From positions 1 through 64,000 of the forward strand of contig JAYZEG010000030.1 of NCBI GenBank assembly GCA_036337435.1: a stretch of 64,000 nucleotides of DNA, in the 5' to 3' direction. This DNA is from Myxococcota bacterium. GTDB taxonomy: Bacteria > Myxococcota_A > Bradymonadia > UBA7976 > UBA1532. Within the stretch, counting starts at the first letter, position 1. Every line of letters starts with the position of its first letter. The translations under genes were made by a program, and so were the position numbers. The notes under the pieces were generated by a model. That model was not told the DNA's origin. It made no database searches and saw only the letters and a list, made by a program, of their open reading frames with translations. Below are positions 48,938-57,169 of the stretch, piece by piece.

Positions 48938-50682
48938 ATACGGCAGCCCTGCGTCCGATGAACCAAGCCTGGGCCAACGCATGGATCAGTGCAGCAATCA
49001 TCGCTGAAATCGTCGAACAAGGCGTTAAACTCGCCGTTTTATCGCCAGGGTCACGCAACACACCCTTGGCCCTGGCACTGGCTGATTGCCCACAGGTTGA
49101 AGTTAAAGTGGTTCTCGATGAGAGGAGTGCCGGATTTTTTGCGCTGGGCGTCGCAAGAGCCAGCCAGCGACCCGTTGTCCTCGCCTGTACGTCGGGGAGC
49201 GCATTAGCCAATTATTATCCAGCGGTTGTCGAGGCTTTTCACAGTGAAATACCGCTTGTCTTGCTGACGGCCGATCGACCGAGTGAATTACAAGGTCGCG
49301 GTGCGCCGCAGACGATGAAACAGCCTGGTTTTTTTGGTTCATTCGCCAAAGTTTGTATGGCGATTGATGCGCCCGAGCCAGAGGCTCCGGTCAACCTGGA
49401 TAGGTTAAGTGATCTTGGGTTTGCGATTCGCACGGCCAGAACAGCGCCGCAAGGACCCGTCCATGTGAATTGTGGTTTCCGGAAGCCATTGTGGGATCCG
49501 CAGACCGAACGGCAGGTCATCAAGGTTCCAAAAAGGGACTATGAGCAAATCATTCGGGATACGACCGAGCAGATGACGGATGCTTTTGTTGACCTCGTGG
49601 CGCGTTCAACCAAGGGCGTATTTGTTTGCGGTCCAGACGCTTTTAAGTCGTCGGGTGACGCGTCCAAATTATACGAGTTGGCGGACGGATTAGGGTGGCC
49701 GGTTCTTGCTGAAGCGTCGTCCGGAGCACGATATGGCCACTCACATTCGTCATTGTTCACACACTATGACGCGGCATTCAGAACGCCTCATGCGATACCC
49801 GAACCCGACTGCATTGTCAGATTTGGTCGGGCTTGTACATCGCAGTGGCTCGCCAATTGGATCAGGGACTGTGAACATGCGGCTTGGATTGTCATTCATG
49901 ATGGGCAAACATGCGTTGATCCAGAGCGACACCACGACCATTACTTCGAGGTGTCGCCGGCCATATTGGTGGACAAAGTTGTGGCGAGACGTTTTCGTAC
50001 GGCAGCAGACCCCGATTGGTTAAGCCAATGGACCCAACTTGAGACAACGTGTCAATCGGCTTTGGACCGAGACGATTTAGACTTATTCTGGGAAGGCTCT
50101 GTCGCCTCGATCTGCGTAGAACACCAACCAAATGGGTCTGCGATTCATGTTGCCAATAGTATGCCGATTCGTGACCTGGACGCCTTTGGCGGTCGCACTG
50201 AGTCTGAGCTGACAATATTTGTGAATCGAGGCCTGAACGGAATCGATGGCACCATTGCCACCGCAGTGGGTGAACAAGTTGGGCTGGCTGATGCGCGCCT
50301 GCTTCTACTCGTCGGAGATTTAGCGTTCCGACACGATGCCAATAGTCTTGCCTTGTGCCGTGATACCAAGCTCACGATCGTGGTCAATGATAATGGCGGC
50401 GGCCAAATTTTTCGATTTCTTCCAATCAGCGAACATAAACGGGTGTTCGAAGAGCTTTTCCTGACCCCGTCGAAAATCGAAGTGGAGGCTCTTTGTCGCG
50501 GCTACGGTCTGCGCTGCACGATCGTCGAGACAAACGATGAACTCAAAACTGCATTGGCGAACGAACAAGATAAAAGCGACTCGGGCGTCATCATCGCGCG
50601 CATTGACCCCGAATTAAATTACAAGCAGCACCACGCGATGTGGCAGCGCGTCCGAGACCAATTGGCCGAGTCAAGCCCATGA
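48934..50682 (+). CDS. menD: SEPHCHC synthase
   Basis: SPGSRNTPL, DERSAGFFALG, CTSGSA.ANYYPAVVEA, NSMPIRD, NRGLNGIDG, GDLAF.HD, NDNGGGQIF; ATGA overlap with the menF stop. Confidence 0.95.
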   Translation: MNTAALRPMNQAWANAWISAAIIAEIVEQGVKLAVLSPGSRNTPLALALADCPQVEVKVVLDERSAGFFALGVARASQRPVVLACTSGSALANYYPAVVEAFHSEIPLVLLTADRPSELQGRGAPQTMKQPGFFGSFAKVCMAIDAPEPEAPVNLDRLSDLGFAIRTARTAPQGPVHVNCGFRKPLWDPQTERQVIKVPKRDYEQIIRDTTEQMTDAFVDLVARSTKGVFVCGPDAFKSSGDASKLYELADGLGWPVLAEASSGARYGHSHSSLFTHYDAAFRTPHAIPEPDCIVRFGRACTSQWLANWIRDCEHAAWIVIHDGQTCVDPERHHDHYFEVSPAILVDKVVARRFRTAADPDWLSQWTQLETTCQSALDRDDLDLFWEGSVASICVEHQPNGSAIHVANSMPIRDLDAFGGRTESELTIFVNRGLNGIDGTIATAVGEQVGLADARLLLLVGDLAFRHDANSLALCRDTKLTIVVNDNGGGQIFRFLPISEHKRVFEELFLTPSKIEVEALCRGYGLRCTIVETNDELKTALANEQDKSDSGVIIARIDPELNYKQHHAMWQRVRDQLAESSP

Positions 50683-51578
50683 CTGCAAATCAAGGACATA
50701 CCCTGACCAAGGCCCAGATCTGGGTGTCAGCGATTAGACCCGCAACATTATGGGCCGGTGCCGTGCCTGTTTTCGTTGGGGCAGCCTTAGCCGCGGCGGC
50801 TGGATACGGGCCTGGTACGAGTTCGATTTTGGCATTGGTCGGTGCGCTCTTAATCCAGGTCGGCACAAACCTGGTCAACGACTATGCGGATTTTAAAACC
50901 GGTGCAGATGGTCCAGACCGACTCGGTCCCAAGAGGGCAACCTCTGAAGGTTGGCTCAAACCAAGACAGGTTCTCGCTGCCGCACTCATCACACTGCTAT
51001 GCGCTGGGGCCGTTGGTGTCTATCTCAGTACAATCGGCGGGGCTCCAATCCTTGTTCTTGGGATCGTCAGCATCGTCTGTGCTGTCGCGTATACGGCAGG
51101 CCCTGTGCCACTGGCGTATGTGGGTTTGGGCGATGTCTTCGTGCTCGCTTTCTTTGGAGTCGCTGCCGTCGCGGGAACGTTTTACTTGGAGACAGGCTTT
51201 CTGGATGTTGGGTCGGTCATCGCAGGTCTCATCATCGGGGCTTTAGCCACGATGATTCTCGTCGTCAACAACCTTCGAGATCGTGTTGGCGACAAACGGG
51301 TCGGAAAGCGAACTCTGGCGGTCCGGTTTGGCCCTCGGTTTACTCGGATTCAGTATCTGGCTCTTTGTATCGCCGCGTACGCGCTGACCGTATATGGCGT
51401 TTATACAGAGCTGTTCAGCCAATGGACGTATTTGGTCGGTATGACCATCCCATTGGCTGTCTCAGAGTGCCGTGCTGTGTTGAAAAAAGATGGGCAGGAC
51501 TTGAACCCCCATCTGGGTGGTGCTGCCAAATTAGAATTGGCGTTCGGTTTGTTGTTCTGCGTTGGAGTCGTCATATGA
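50679..51578 (+). CDS. menA: 1,4-dihydroxy-2-naphthoate polyprenyltransferase
   Basis: AIRPATL, QVGTNLVNDYADFKTGAD, YTAGP.PLAY.GLGD, NNLRD...D...GKRTLAVR; ATGA overlap with the menD stop. Confidence 0.95.
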   Translation: MTANQGHTLTKAQIWVSAIRPATLWAGAVPVFVGAALAAAAGYGPGTSSILALVGALLIQVGTNLVNDYADFKTGADGPDRLGPKRATSEGWLKPRQVLAAALITLLCAGAVGVYLSTIGGAPILVLGIVSIVCAVAYTAGPVPLAYVGLGDVFVLAFFGVAAVAGTFYLETGFLDVGSVIAGLIIGALATMILVVNNLRDRVGDKRVGKRTLAVRFGPRFTRIQYLALCIAAYALTVYGVYTELFSQWTYLVGMTIPLAVSECRAVLKKDGQDLNPHLGGAAKLELAFGLLFCVGVVI

Positions 51579-52585
51579 CGTTATCTGTCGACAGCATTCG
51601 CTTCAAACCATACGACGTCGACTTGGACCGGGCAGTTCGGAAGACTGTTTTTGGCGATAAGCCTCGCCGGTGTTGGCACGTTTGCACTCGGACCATCGAA
51701 GGACAGACCGGTTGGGGTGATATTGCTCCTTGGCCTGGATTTAGCGAGTCTGCAACCGAAATAGACCGTCGCATCCATCAACTTGAAACGTCTATCTCTC
51801 CGGTTCAATTCGAACAGATTGCGGACATGGAAATCTGGCTGGACGGGCTGGACTTGGAGCCTGTCATTCGCTTCGGACTCGAACTGTCATTTTTGGATCT
51901 GTTTGCTCAACAACGAGGCGTTCCGATTGCAGCACTTCTCGATCCAAACTATGCCACCGAACTGTCGATTCATGCGTTGGTGGACAGTGCTGAGACAGCC
52001 GTCAGCTCTGTTGAAGCGGGAGCGGACGCCATTAAAGTTAAACTCAGTGACACTTGGCGCAAAGACGTCGAACGCATTCGAGACATCCGACAGGCGGTTC
52101 CGCTGGCGAAAATTCGGATCGATGCCAACGGGGCGTGGCCGGAGCGGCTCGCGAAAAAACGAGTCAGAGAGCTCAGCGAACTGGGTGTAGACATCATCGA
52201 ACAACCTGTGTCAGGAGAAGATATTGACGGTTTAAAAGCGGTTGCATCAACCTGCGAGATGACCCTCTCGGCTGATGAATCGGTTTGCGTCGATGCTGAG
52301 GCTGTCCTTGCCATTGACGCGCTCAATGAAATCGTTTTGAAACCCATGTATTTGGGTGGACTCGTGCCCTCGTACGAACTGGCCCAGAAAGCCTATCGGC
52401 GTGGGTTGAAGGTCTGCGTCACTCACGCTCTGGAATCCAAAATCGGTCGAACTGGCGCAGCTCACCTAGCCGCCGCATCCGACGCGCTCAAGCCGGCAAC
52501 CCATGGCATCTCCGGAGCCTGGAATCGGTCAGCAATGGAGATCATGGTGCCAAGAACCCCAGGCCTTGGAGTCTCCGTCCAATGA
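51575..52585 (+). CDS. menC: o-succinylbenzoate synthase (enolase superfamily)
   Basis: GWGDIAPWPGF, IKVK, RIDANGAW, IEQP, ADES, LKP..LGG; ATGA overlap with the menA stop. The track ORF 50951 includes a spurious upstream part. Confidence 0.88.
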   Translation: MTLSVDSIRFKPYDVDLDRAVRKTVFGDKPRRCWHVCTRTIEGQTGWGDIAPWPGFSESATEIDRRIHQLETSISPVQFEQIADMEIWLDGLDLEPVIRFGLELSFLDLFAQQRGVPIAALLDPNYATELSIHALVDSAETAVSSVEAGADAIKVKLSDTWRKDVERIRDIRQAVPLAKIRIDANGAWPERLAKKRVRELSELGVDIIEQPVSGEDIDGLKAVASTCEMTLSADESVCVDAEAVLAIDALNEIVLKPMYLGGLVPSYELAQKAYRRGLKVCVTHALESKIGRTGAAHLAAASDALKPATHGISGAWNRSAMEIMVPRTPGLGVSVQ

Positions 52586-54372
52586 CCACTTGGCTACCAC
52601 ACCCCCTCTACCAAGCCGCCCAAGCGCATCCAAATCGCATTGCGATTCGCGAAGGGATAGCCGCACTCACATATGGACAACTCCTGTCCCGAGTGGCCGC
52701 GCGCGGCGATGTCCTGCGAGCGAGTGGTGTTGACGGCGGGGCCGTGGTTGGTTTGAGAGGCCAACAAAACCTGGATTGGTTGATTAACTTTCACGCCATA
52801 GGATGGTGCAATGCCGCGGTTTTTCCGATAGGCGAGGACCTGCATTTGACCGATGGGGAGTTACGCGAACTCAATGTCACTCAGGTGATCGAGAGTCGGA
52901 AACAGGCAACAACCGACAATGTTGAGGGGACATCTGAGCCAGTCTTCGCGCCGCGGTGGCATCTAGATGAACTCAGGCTGCTGATCGCAACGACTGGAAG
53001 CACAGGGCGTCCAAAAGTTATACCGCTCACGACTGGACAGCTCTTTTTCAGTGCGATGGGATCAGCCATTCGCCTTGGGCATCAACTCGACGATAACTGG
53101 CTGATGTGTCTACCGGCCCACCATATCGGTGGAGCGTCGATTCTGCTGAGAGCAGCCTGGTACGGGATCAGCGCGGAGATTTGTCTCCCATTCGAAGTAC
53201 ACCGGGTCGCCGAGCGTCTCCGCTCGGGCGAGGTAACAATGGTGTCATTGGTGCCCACCATGCTGAGTCGCTTGGTACGACTTCATGACGGGACAAGCCT
53301 CCCGTCCAGACTTCGTTGCGTGCTCGTCGGCGGGGCCCATTGTTCGACCTCATTGCAGGACGCAGCGCTCAAAGCCGGTCTCCCTGTGCTTTTGACTTGG
53401 GGTATGACTGAATGCGCCTCGCAGGCAGCAACACAGTCACCCGGCCAAAATCCAGTCACTCACGATTGTGGGTCTCCGATGCCATTCACAGTTGTCTCGA
53501 CCGAAGATAAGCGACTTAGGATTGACGGACCGACCTGTCCCGGCGGCCTACTAACCCGCGACCTTGGAGACATCGAGAACGGCCGAGTTCGTGTGGATGG
53601 CAGATGCGATACAGTTTTGATTAGTGGAGGAAAAAAAATCCAACCACAATCAGTTGAGTGCATCTTCCAACAGCACGAAAGCATCAATTCCTGTGTGATT
53701 ATCGGACTGAACGATGAGCAGTGGGGCCAAACCGTCTGCCTGTGCGTAGAACTCAACGCAGACTACGATTTCTCGACCGAGCTGGAACACCTGGTGCGAC
53801 TGGGACGCTCGAAACTGAAAAAGCATGAGATTCCGAAAGTGTGGGTTCAGGTACCCAAAATGCCGACCAATTCGGTTGGCAAAGTGGATCGAACTCAGCT
53901 TCGAGCCAACTTAGGGCTTGACCATGCCGATCCCGACGAGCTGGTCGATGAACTGAGGTGGACATTCAGTCGGCTTGAAAGCTGGGAAGGCAACGAAAGC
54001 GTGTTTCTGGCGGACGACACAACGCACTTTTCCGTCAAGAAGTCCGGAAATGGAACACTTGAATGTAATGGATCTTTGAGTCAGGCGCTCAATCTCCATG
54101 GTGGCAACCAAACGCTCGCCTCTGCGCATGGGTTGGTTAAACGCCGAATCGGCAAAGACGAGGGGCAAACCAACTCCAGCGGAGTCGAAAACATGGTCGA
54201 AGTCGCCAAAGGCAGCAGTGAGCATTTCTTCGAAACACACGTGGGCATACTCGAAGGCGCGACCATAGAAAACGATCCCGGCGCGGTCGACCTCGTGGAA
54301 TCGGGGCGTGAATTCGTGTTTGAAGGACATAAGCAAATACCCAACGGTCATGAGGCTGATCAGAATGACTAA
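52582..54372 (+). CDS. menE: o-succinylbenzoate-CoA ligase with ~150-aa C-terminal extension running across the antisense thioesterase gene
   Basis: TTGSTGRPK, WLMCLPAHHIGG, SLVPTML, TWGMTECASQ, TRDLG, GR.D.VLISGGKKI.P, GKVDR; AMP-binding core ends near 53910. Confidence 0.9.
   Translation: MTTWLPHPLYQAAQAHPNRIAIREGIAALTYGQLLSRVAARGDVLRASGVDGGAVVGLRGQQNLDWLINFHAIGWCNAAVFPIGEDLHLTDGELRELNVTQVIESRKQATTDNVEGTSEPVFAPRWHLDELRLLIATTGSTGRPKVIPLTTGQLFFSAMGSAIRLGHQLDDNWLMCLPAHHIGGASILLRAAWYGISAEICLPFEVHRVAERLRSGEVTMVSLVPTMLSRLVRLHDGTSLPSRLRCVLVGGAHCSTSLQDAALKAGLPVLLTWGMTECASQAATQSPGQNPVTHDCGSPMPFTVVSTEDKRLRIDGPTCPGGLLTRDLGDIENGRVRVDGRCDTVLISGGKKIQPQSVECIFQQHESINSCVIIGLNDEQWGQTVCLCVELNADYDFSTELEHLVRLGRSKLKKHEIPKVWVQVPKMPTNSVGKVDRTQLRANLGLDHADPDELVDELRWTFSRLESWEGNESVFLADDTTHFSVKKSGNGTLECNGSLSQALNLHGGNQTLASAHGLVKRRIGKDEGQTNSSGVENMVEVAKGSSEHFFETHVGILEGATIENDPGAVDLVESGREFVFEGHKQIPNGHEADQND
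53911..54330 (-). CDS. 4HBT-type hotdog acyl-CoA thioesterase, probable DHNA-CoA hydrolase
   Basis: MSFKHEFTPRFHEVDRAGIVFYGRAFEYAHVCFEEML, GLPLVFADSAFNQPMRRGE, C-terminal P.ECP; located in the menaquinone operon. Confidence 0.85.
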   Translation of the reverse strand: MSFKHEFTPRFHEVDRAGIVFYGRAFEYAHVCFEEMLTAAFGDFDHVFDSAGVGLPLVFADSAFNQPMRRGERLVATMEIERLTQRSITFKCSISGLLDGKVRCVVRQKHAFVAFPAFKPTECPPQFIDQLVGIGMVKP

Positions 54373-55456
54373 GCAAAGTACATTTCGGGTGAAGTTGGCT
54401 GAACAACCAGCCAAAACAGATCCGGTGCTTACGACACTGGCATCAACAACACAACGAAATCAAGCCGATGAGGTGTCCAAGCGACTCATCGAACTGAGGG
54501 ATTGGCTGGCCGATGACCTCTACGAACTTGAGAAAGATATGGGGACCGTGGTGGCAGACCCCGGCAAAGATCTTGCTTGGAAGGCGGTGCAGTATCTACT
54601 GCACAAGGCAGGAAAGCGAGTTCGCCCTATCTGCACCCTGTTGGCAGCACGGATGGGTGATAGACCGTTCGATGAGGATGTCAAACAGGTGGCCATCGCC
54701 GCCGAGTTAGTACACTCTGCAACGCTCCTGCATGACGATGTTATTGACCAAGGCGAAGAGCGTCGCGGCCATCCGACGGCCCGGATGGTTTATGGCAATT
54801 CAGCGAGCGTCTTGGGTGGTGACCATTTACTGGTAGACGCATTGAGACGTGTAAATACAGCCGACTCAAGGTTGGTCTCGTCGCTGCTCGATGTGATCTC
54901 GCAGATGGTCCATGCAGAAGCACTTCAATTGGATATGAGAAACTGTTTCAAGCCGGATCGGGAGTTGTATCAAGAAGTCGTTCATGGCAAGACTGCGGCT
55001 CTGTTCCAATGGGCTTTGGAAGCCGGTGCTCTTTTGGGTCATTTAAACGAGCAACAAATCAGCTTGTTGAGCGACGTTGGAGTCAATCTTGGGATGACAT
55101 TTCAGTTGGTAGACGACAAGCTCGACTTGTGCGGAGATCCAACAGAGACCGGCAAAGATACCTGTCTCGATTTGAGAGAAGGAAAGTTGACCTGGCCAAT
55201 GATTCTCGCAGCGGAACGATCGCCACAATTACTGCTTCAATTGAGGCAATATGCCAGCGCGACGACAGACCCTTCGCGAGCGGATGCAAAACGTCTCGTG
55301 GAGGCGATTGCCGCGACCGGTGCCATCGAGGCGACCCATGCGCGTGCCGCAGCCTTTGCCGACAAAGCACTAGACTCACTGAGGAAACTGCCTGACGGTC
55401 CATCTCGCTCTGCGCTAAAGGCTGTGATTCATACAGCCCTTGAACGGTCGAGGTAA
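54365..55456 (+). CDS. Long-chain polyprenyl diphosphate synthase (IspB/HepT-like)
   Basis: GKRVRP, ELVHSATLLHDDVID...RRG, KTAALF, FQLVDD.LD, GK....DLREGK.T.P. Start 54365 (alternatives 54350, 54308). Confidence 0.92.
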   Translation: MTKQSTFRVKLAEQPAKTDPVLTTLASTTQRNQADEVSKRLIELRDWLADDLYELEKDMGTVVADPGKDLAWKAVQYLLHKAGKRVRPICTLLAARMGDRPFDEDVKQVAIAAELVHSATLLHDDVIDQGEERRGHPTARMVYGNSASVLGGDHLLVDALRRVNTADSRLVSSLLDVISQMVHAEALQLDMRNCFKPDRELYQEVVHGKTAALFQWALEAGALLGHLNEQQISLLSDVGVNLGMTFQLVDDKLDLCGDPTETGKDTCLDLREGKLTWPMILAAERSPQLLLQLRQYASATTDPSRADAKRLVEAIAATGAIEATHARAAAFADKALDSLRKLPDGPSRSALKAVIHTALERSR

Positions 55457-55461
55457 AGCCC

Positions 55462-56448
55462 ATGCTGATCAACTTAAAACCGACAGCCGATACGAATTCG
55501 GTAAAGCAAACGCTGACGGGCTTTGGTCTTTGGCTCGAGACACTTCTCGACCAAGACGGTGCCGCCACTGGCTTCATCGTGAAGGGCTATTCAACCCCTG
55601 TCGACCCACAAAAAATCGCATCTTTGGATGGGGTCAGCGGGGTCTTCAAAACCGAAAGTAGTCACCCAAAGGTCGATGCGAGGTGCCACCAGGTGATCGA
55701 CTTGGGTGAGCTTCAATTTAGAACGACGACACCGACACTGATCGCAGGGCCATGCAGCGTAGACTCAGAAGAACGAATTGAAAGCATCGCAAGCCAGGTT
55801 GCACAAGCAGGCGGAAAAGTGTTGAGGGGTGGGGCTTACAAACCACGAACATCTCCTTATTCCTTTGCTGGATTTGGCAAACCCGCGTTGCAATGGATGA
55901 GGCGCGCCGCCGATCGACACGGACTGCGTATCGTGACCGAAGTCATGTCGGAACACGATGTGAATACCGTTGCCGACATGACTGATATTGTTCAGGTTGG
56001 ATCGCGCAACATGCAAAACTTTGCGCTGTTGAGACAGGTAGGCGAAGCGAGAAAATGCGTCCTCTTGAAACGGGGTCGTTCGGCAACGGTCTCAGAATGG
56101 TTGATGGCTGCCGAGTACCTGTATGCCAGTGGTGCCGACAGTGTCCTTTTTTGTGAACGGGGCATTCGTGGATTCGATGGCGAAACGAGAAACCTCATCG
56201 ACTTAGGTGCTGTCGCTCTCCTGAGCCATCACTATGGGCTTCCAGTTATCGTCGATCCATCTCATGCGGCAGGGCGACGGGATCTGATTGTTCCATTGTC
56301 GAAGGCGTCGATCGCGGCTGGTGCTGTTGGCGTCATGGTCGAGGTTCATCCAGCACCCAGCACCGCCCTATCCGATGGGCCTCAAGCGTTGAGCTACGAA
56401 ACCTTGAGACAACTCTCAAAATCTCTGGAACTGGAGTGCATTCAATGA
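55462..56448 (+). CDS. aroF: DAHP synthase, type I-beta with N-terminal regulatory domain
   Basis: IAGPCSV, RGGAYKPRTSPYSF, GSRNMQNF, LKRG, CERGIR, DPSH, EVHP.P..ALSDG.Q. Confidence 0.93.
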   Translation: MLINLKPTADTNSVKQTLTGFGLWLETLLDQDGAATGFIVKGYSTPVDPQKIASLDGVSGVFKTESSHPKVDARCHQVIDLGELQFRTTTPTLIAGPCSVDSEERIESIASQVAQAGGKVLRGGAYKPRTSPYSFAGFGKPALQWMRRAADRHGLRIVTEVMSEHDVNTVADMTDIVQVGSRNMQNFALLRQVGEARKCVLLKRGRSATVSEWLMAAEYLYASGADSVLFCERGIRGFDGETRNLIDLGAVALLSHHYGLPVIVDPSHAAGRRDLIVPLSKASIAAGAVGVMVEVHPAPSTALSDGPQALSYETLRQLSKSLELECIQ

Positions 56449-57149
56449 CAACACAAATGGCGCGAGCTGATGGAAGCGGAGCGATGTTTGATCAGATCGC
56501 GAAGCGGTATGACTTGCTCAATCGGCTGATGAGTTTCGGGATGGACCGTGGCTGGAGAAAGCAGCTGATTGAATCGATGCCAAACGATGGCGAGTTGCTC
56601 GATGTCGCCACAGGAACCGCCGATGTTGGCCTCGCGCTGGCGAGGGTGCATCCACAAACTCAGGTGATCGGACTCGACCCAAGCCAAGGTATGCTCGACG
56701 TCGGGCATTCCAAGATCAAAGCACGTAAGTTGGATGATAGAGTGACATTGGTGCTCGGCGATGCCCAAAGTATGGACTTTGAGTCGAATCGATTCAACGG
56801 GTGCACCATCGCCTTTGGAATTCGCAACGTACCCGACCGTTTAAAGGGGCTACAGGAGATGGCTCGGGTCGTCAAACCCGGTGGCGTCGTCTCCATCCTT
56901 GAGCTCTCTGAGCCGAAAGGTGGCCTAATGGCGTTCTTAGCGCGCCTTCATGTACATCATATCGTTCCGATAATGGGCTGGATTCTGTCGGGCAAGAAAG
57001 AATACCGCTACTTACAAAAATCGATTGCGGCGTTTCCGCCTGCAGATGAGTTTGCGAAGATGATGACCGCGTCAGGCCTGACCGATGTAAAAGTGATTCG
57101 GCTGACCTTTGGGGTGGCACATTTATACATCGGTCGAGTGGCGGGCTGA
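56445..57149 (+). CDS. menG: Demethylmenaquinone methyltransferase (UbiE/MenG)
   Basis: MFDQIAKRYDLLN.LMSFG.D..WR, LDVATGTAD, AFGIRNV, YRYL..SI..FP; ATGA overlap with the aroF stop. Confidence 0.93.
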   Translation: MTTQMARADGSGAMFDQIAKRYDLLNRLMSFGMDRGWRKQLIESMPNDGELLDVATGTADVGLALARVHPQTQVIGLDPSQGMLDVGHSKIKARKLDDRVTLVLGDAQSMDFESNRFNGCTIAFGIRNVPDRLKGLQEMARVVKPGGVVSILELSEPKGGLMAFLARLHVHHIVPIMGWILSGKKEYRYLQKSIAAFPPADEFAKMMTASGLTDVKVIRLTFGVAHLYIGRVAG

Positions 57150-57169
57150 CCCCACACTGCACCCAATGC

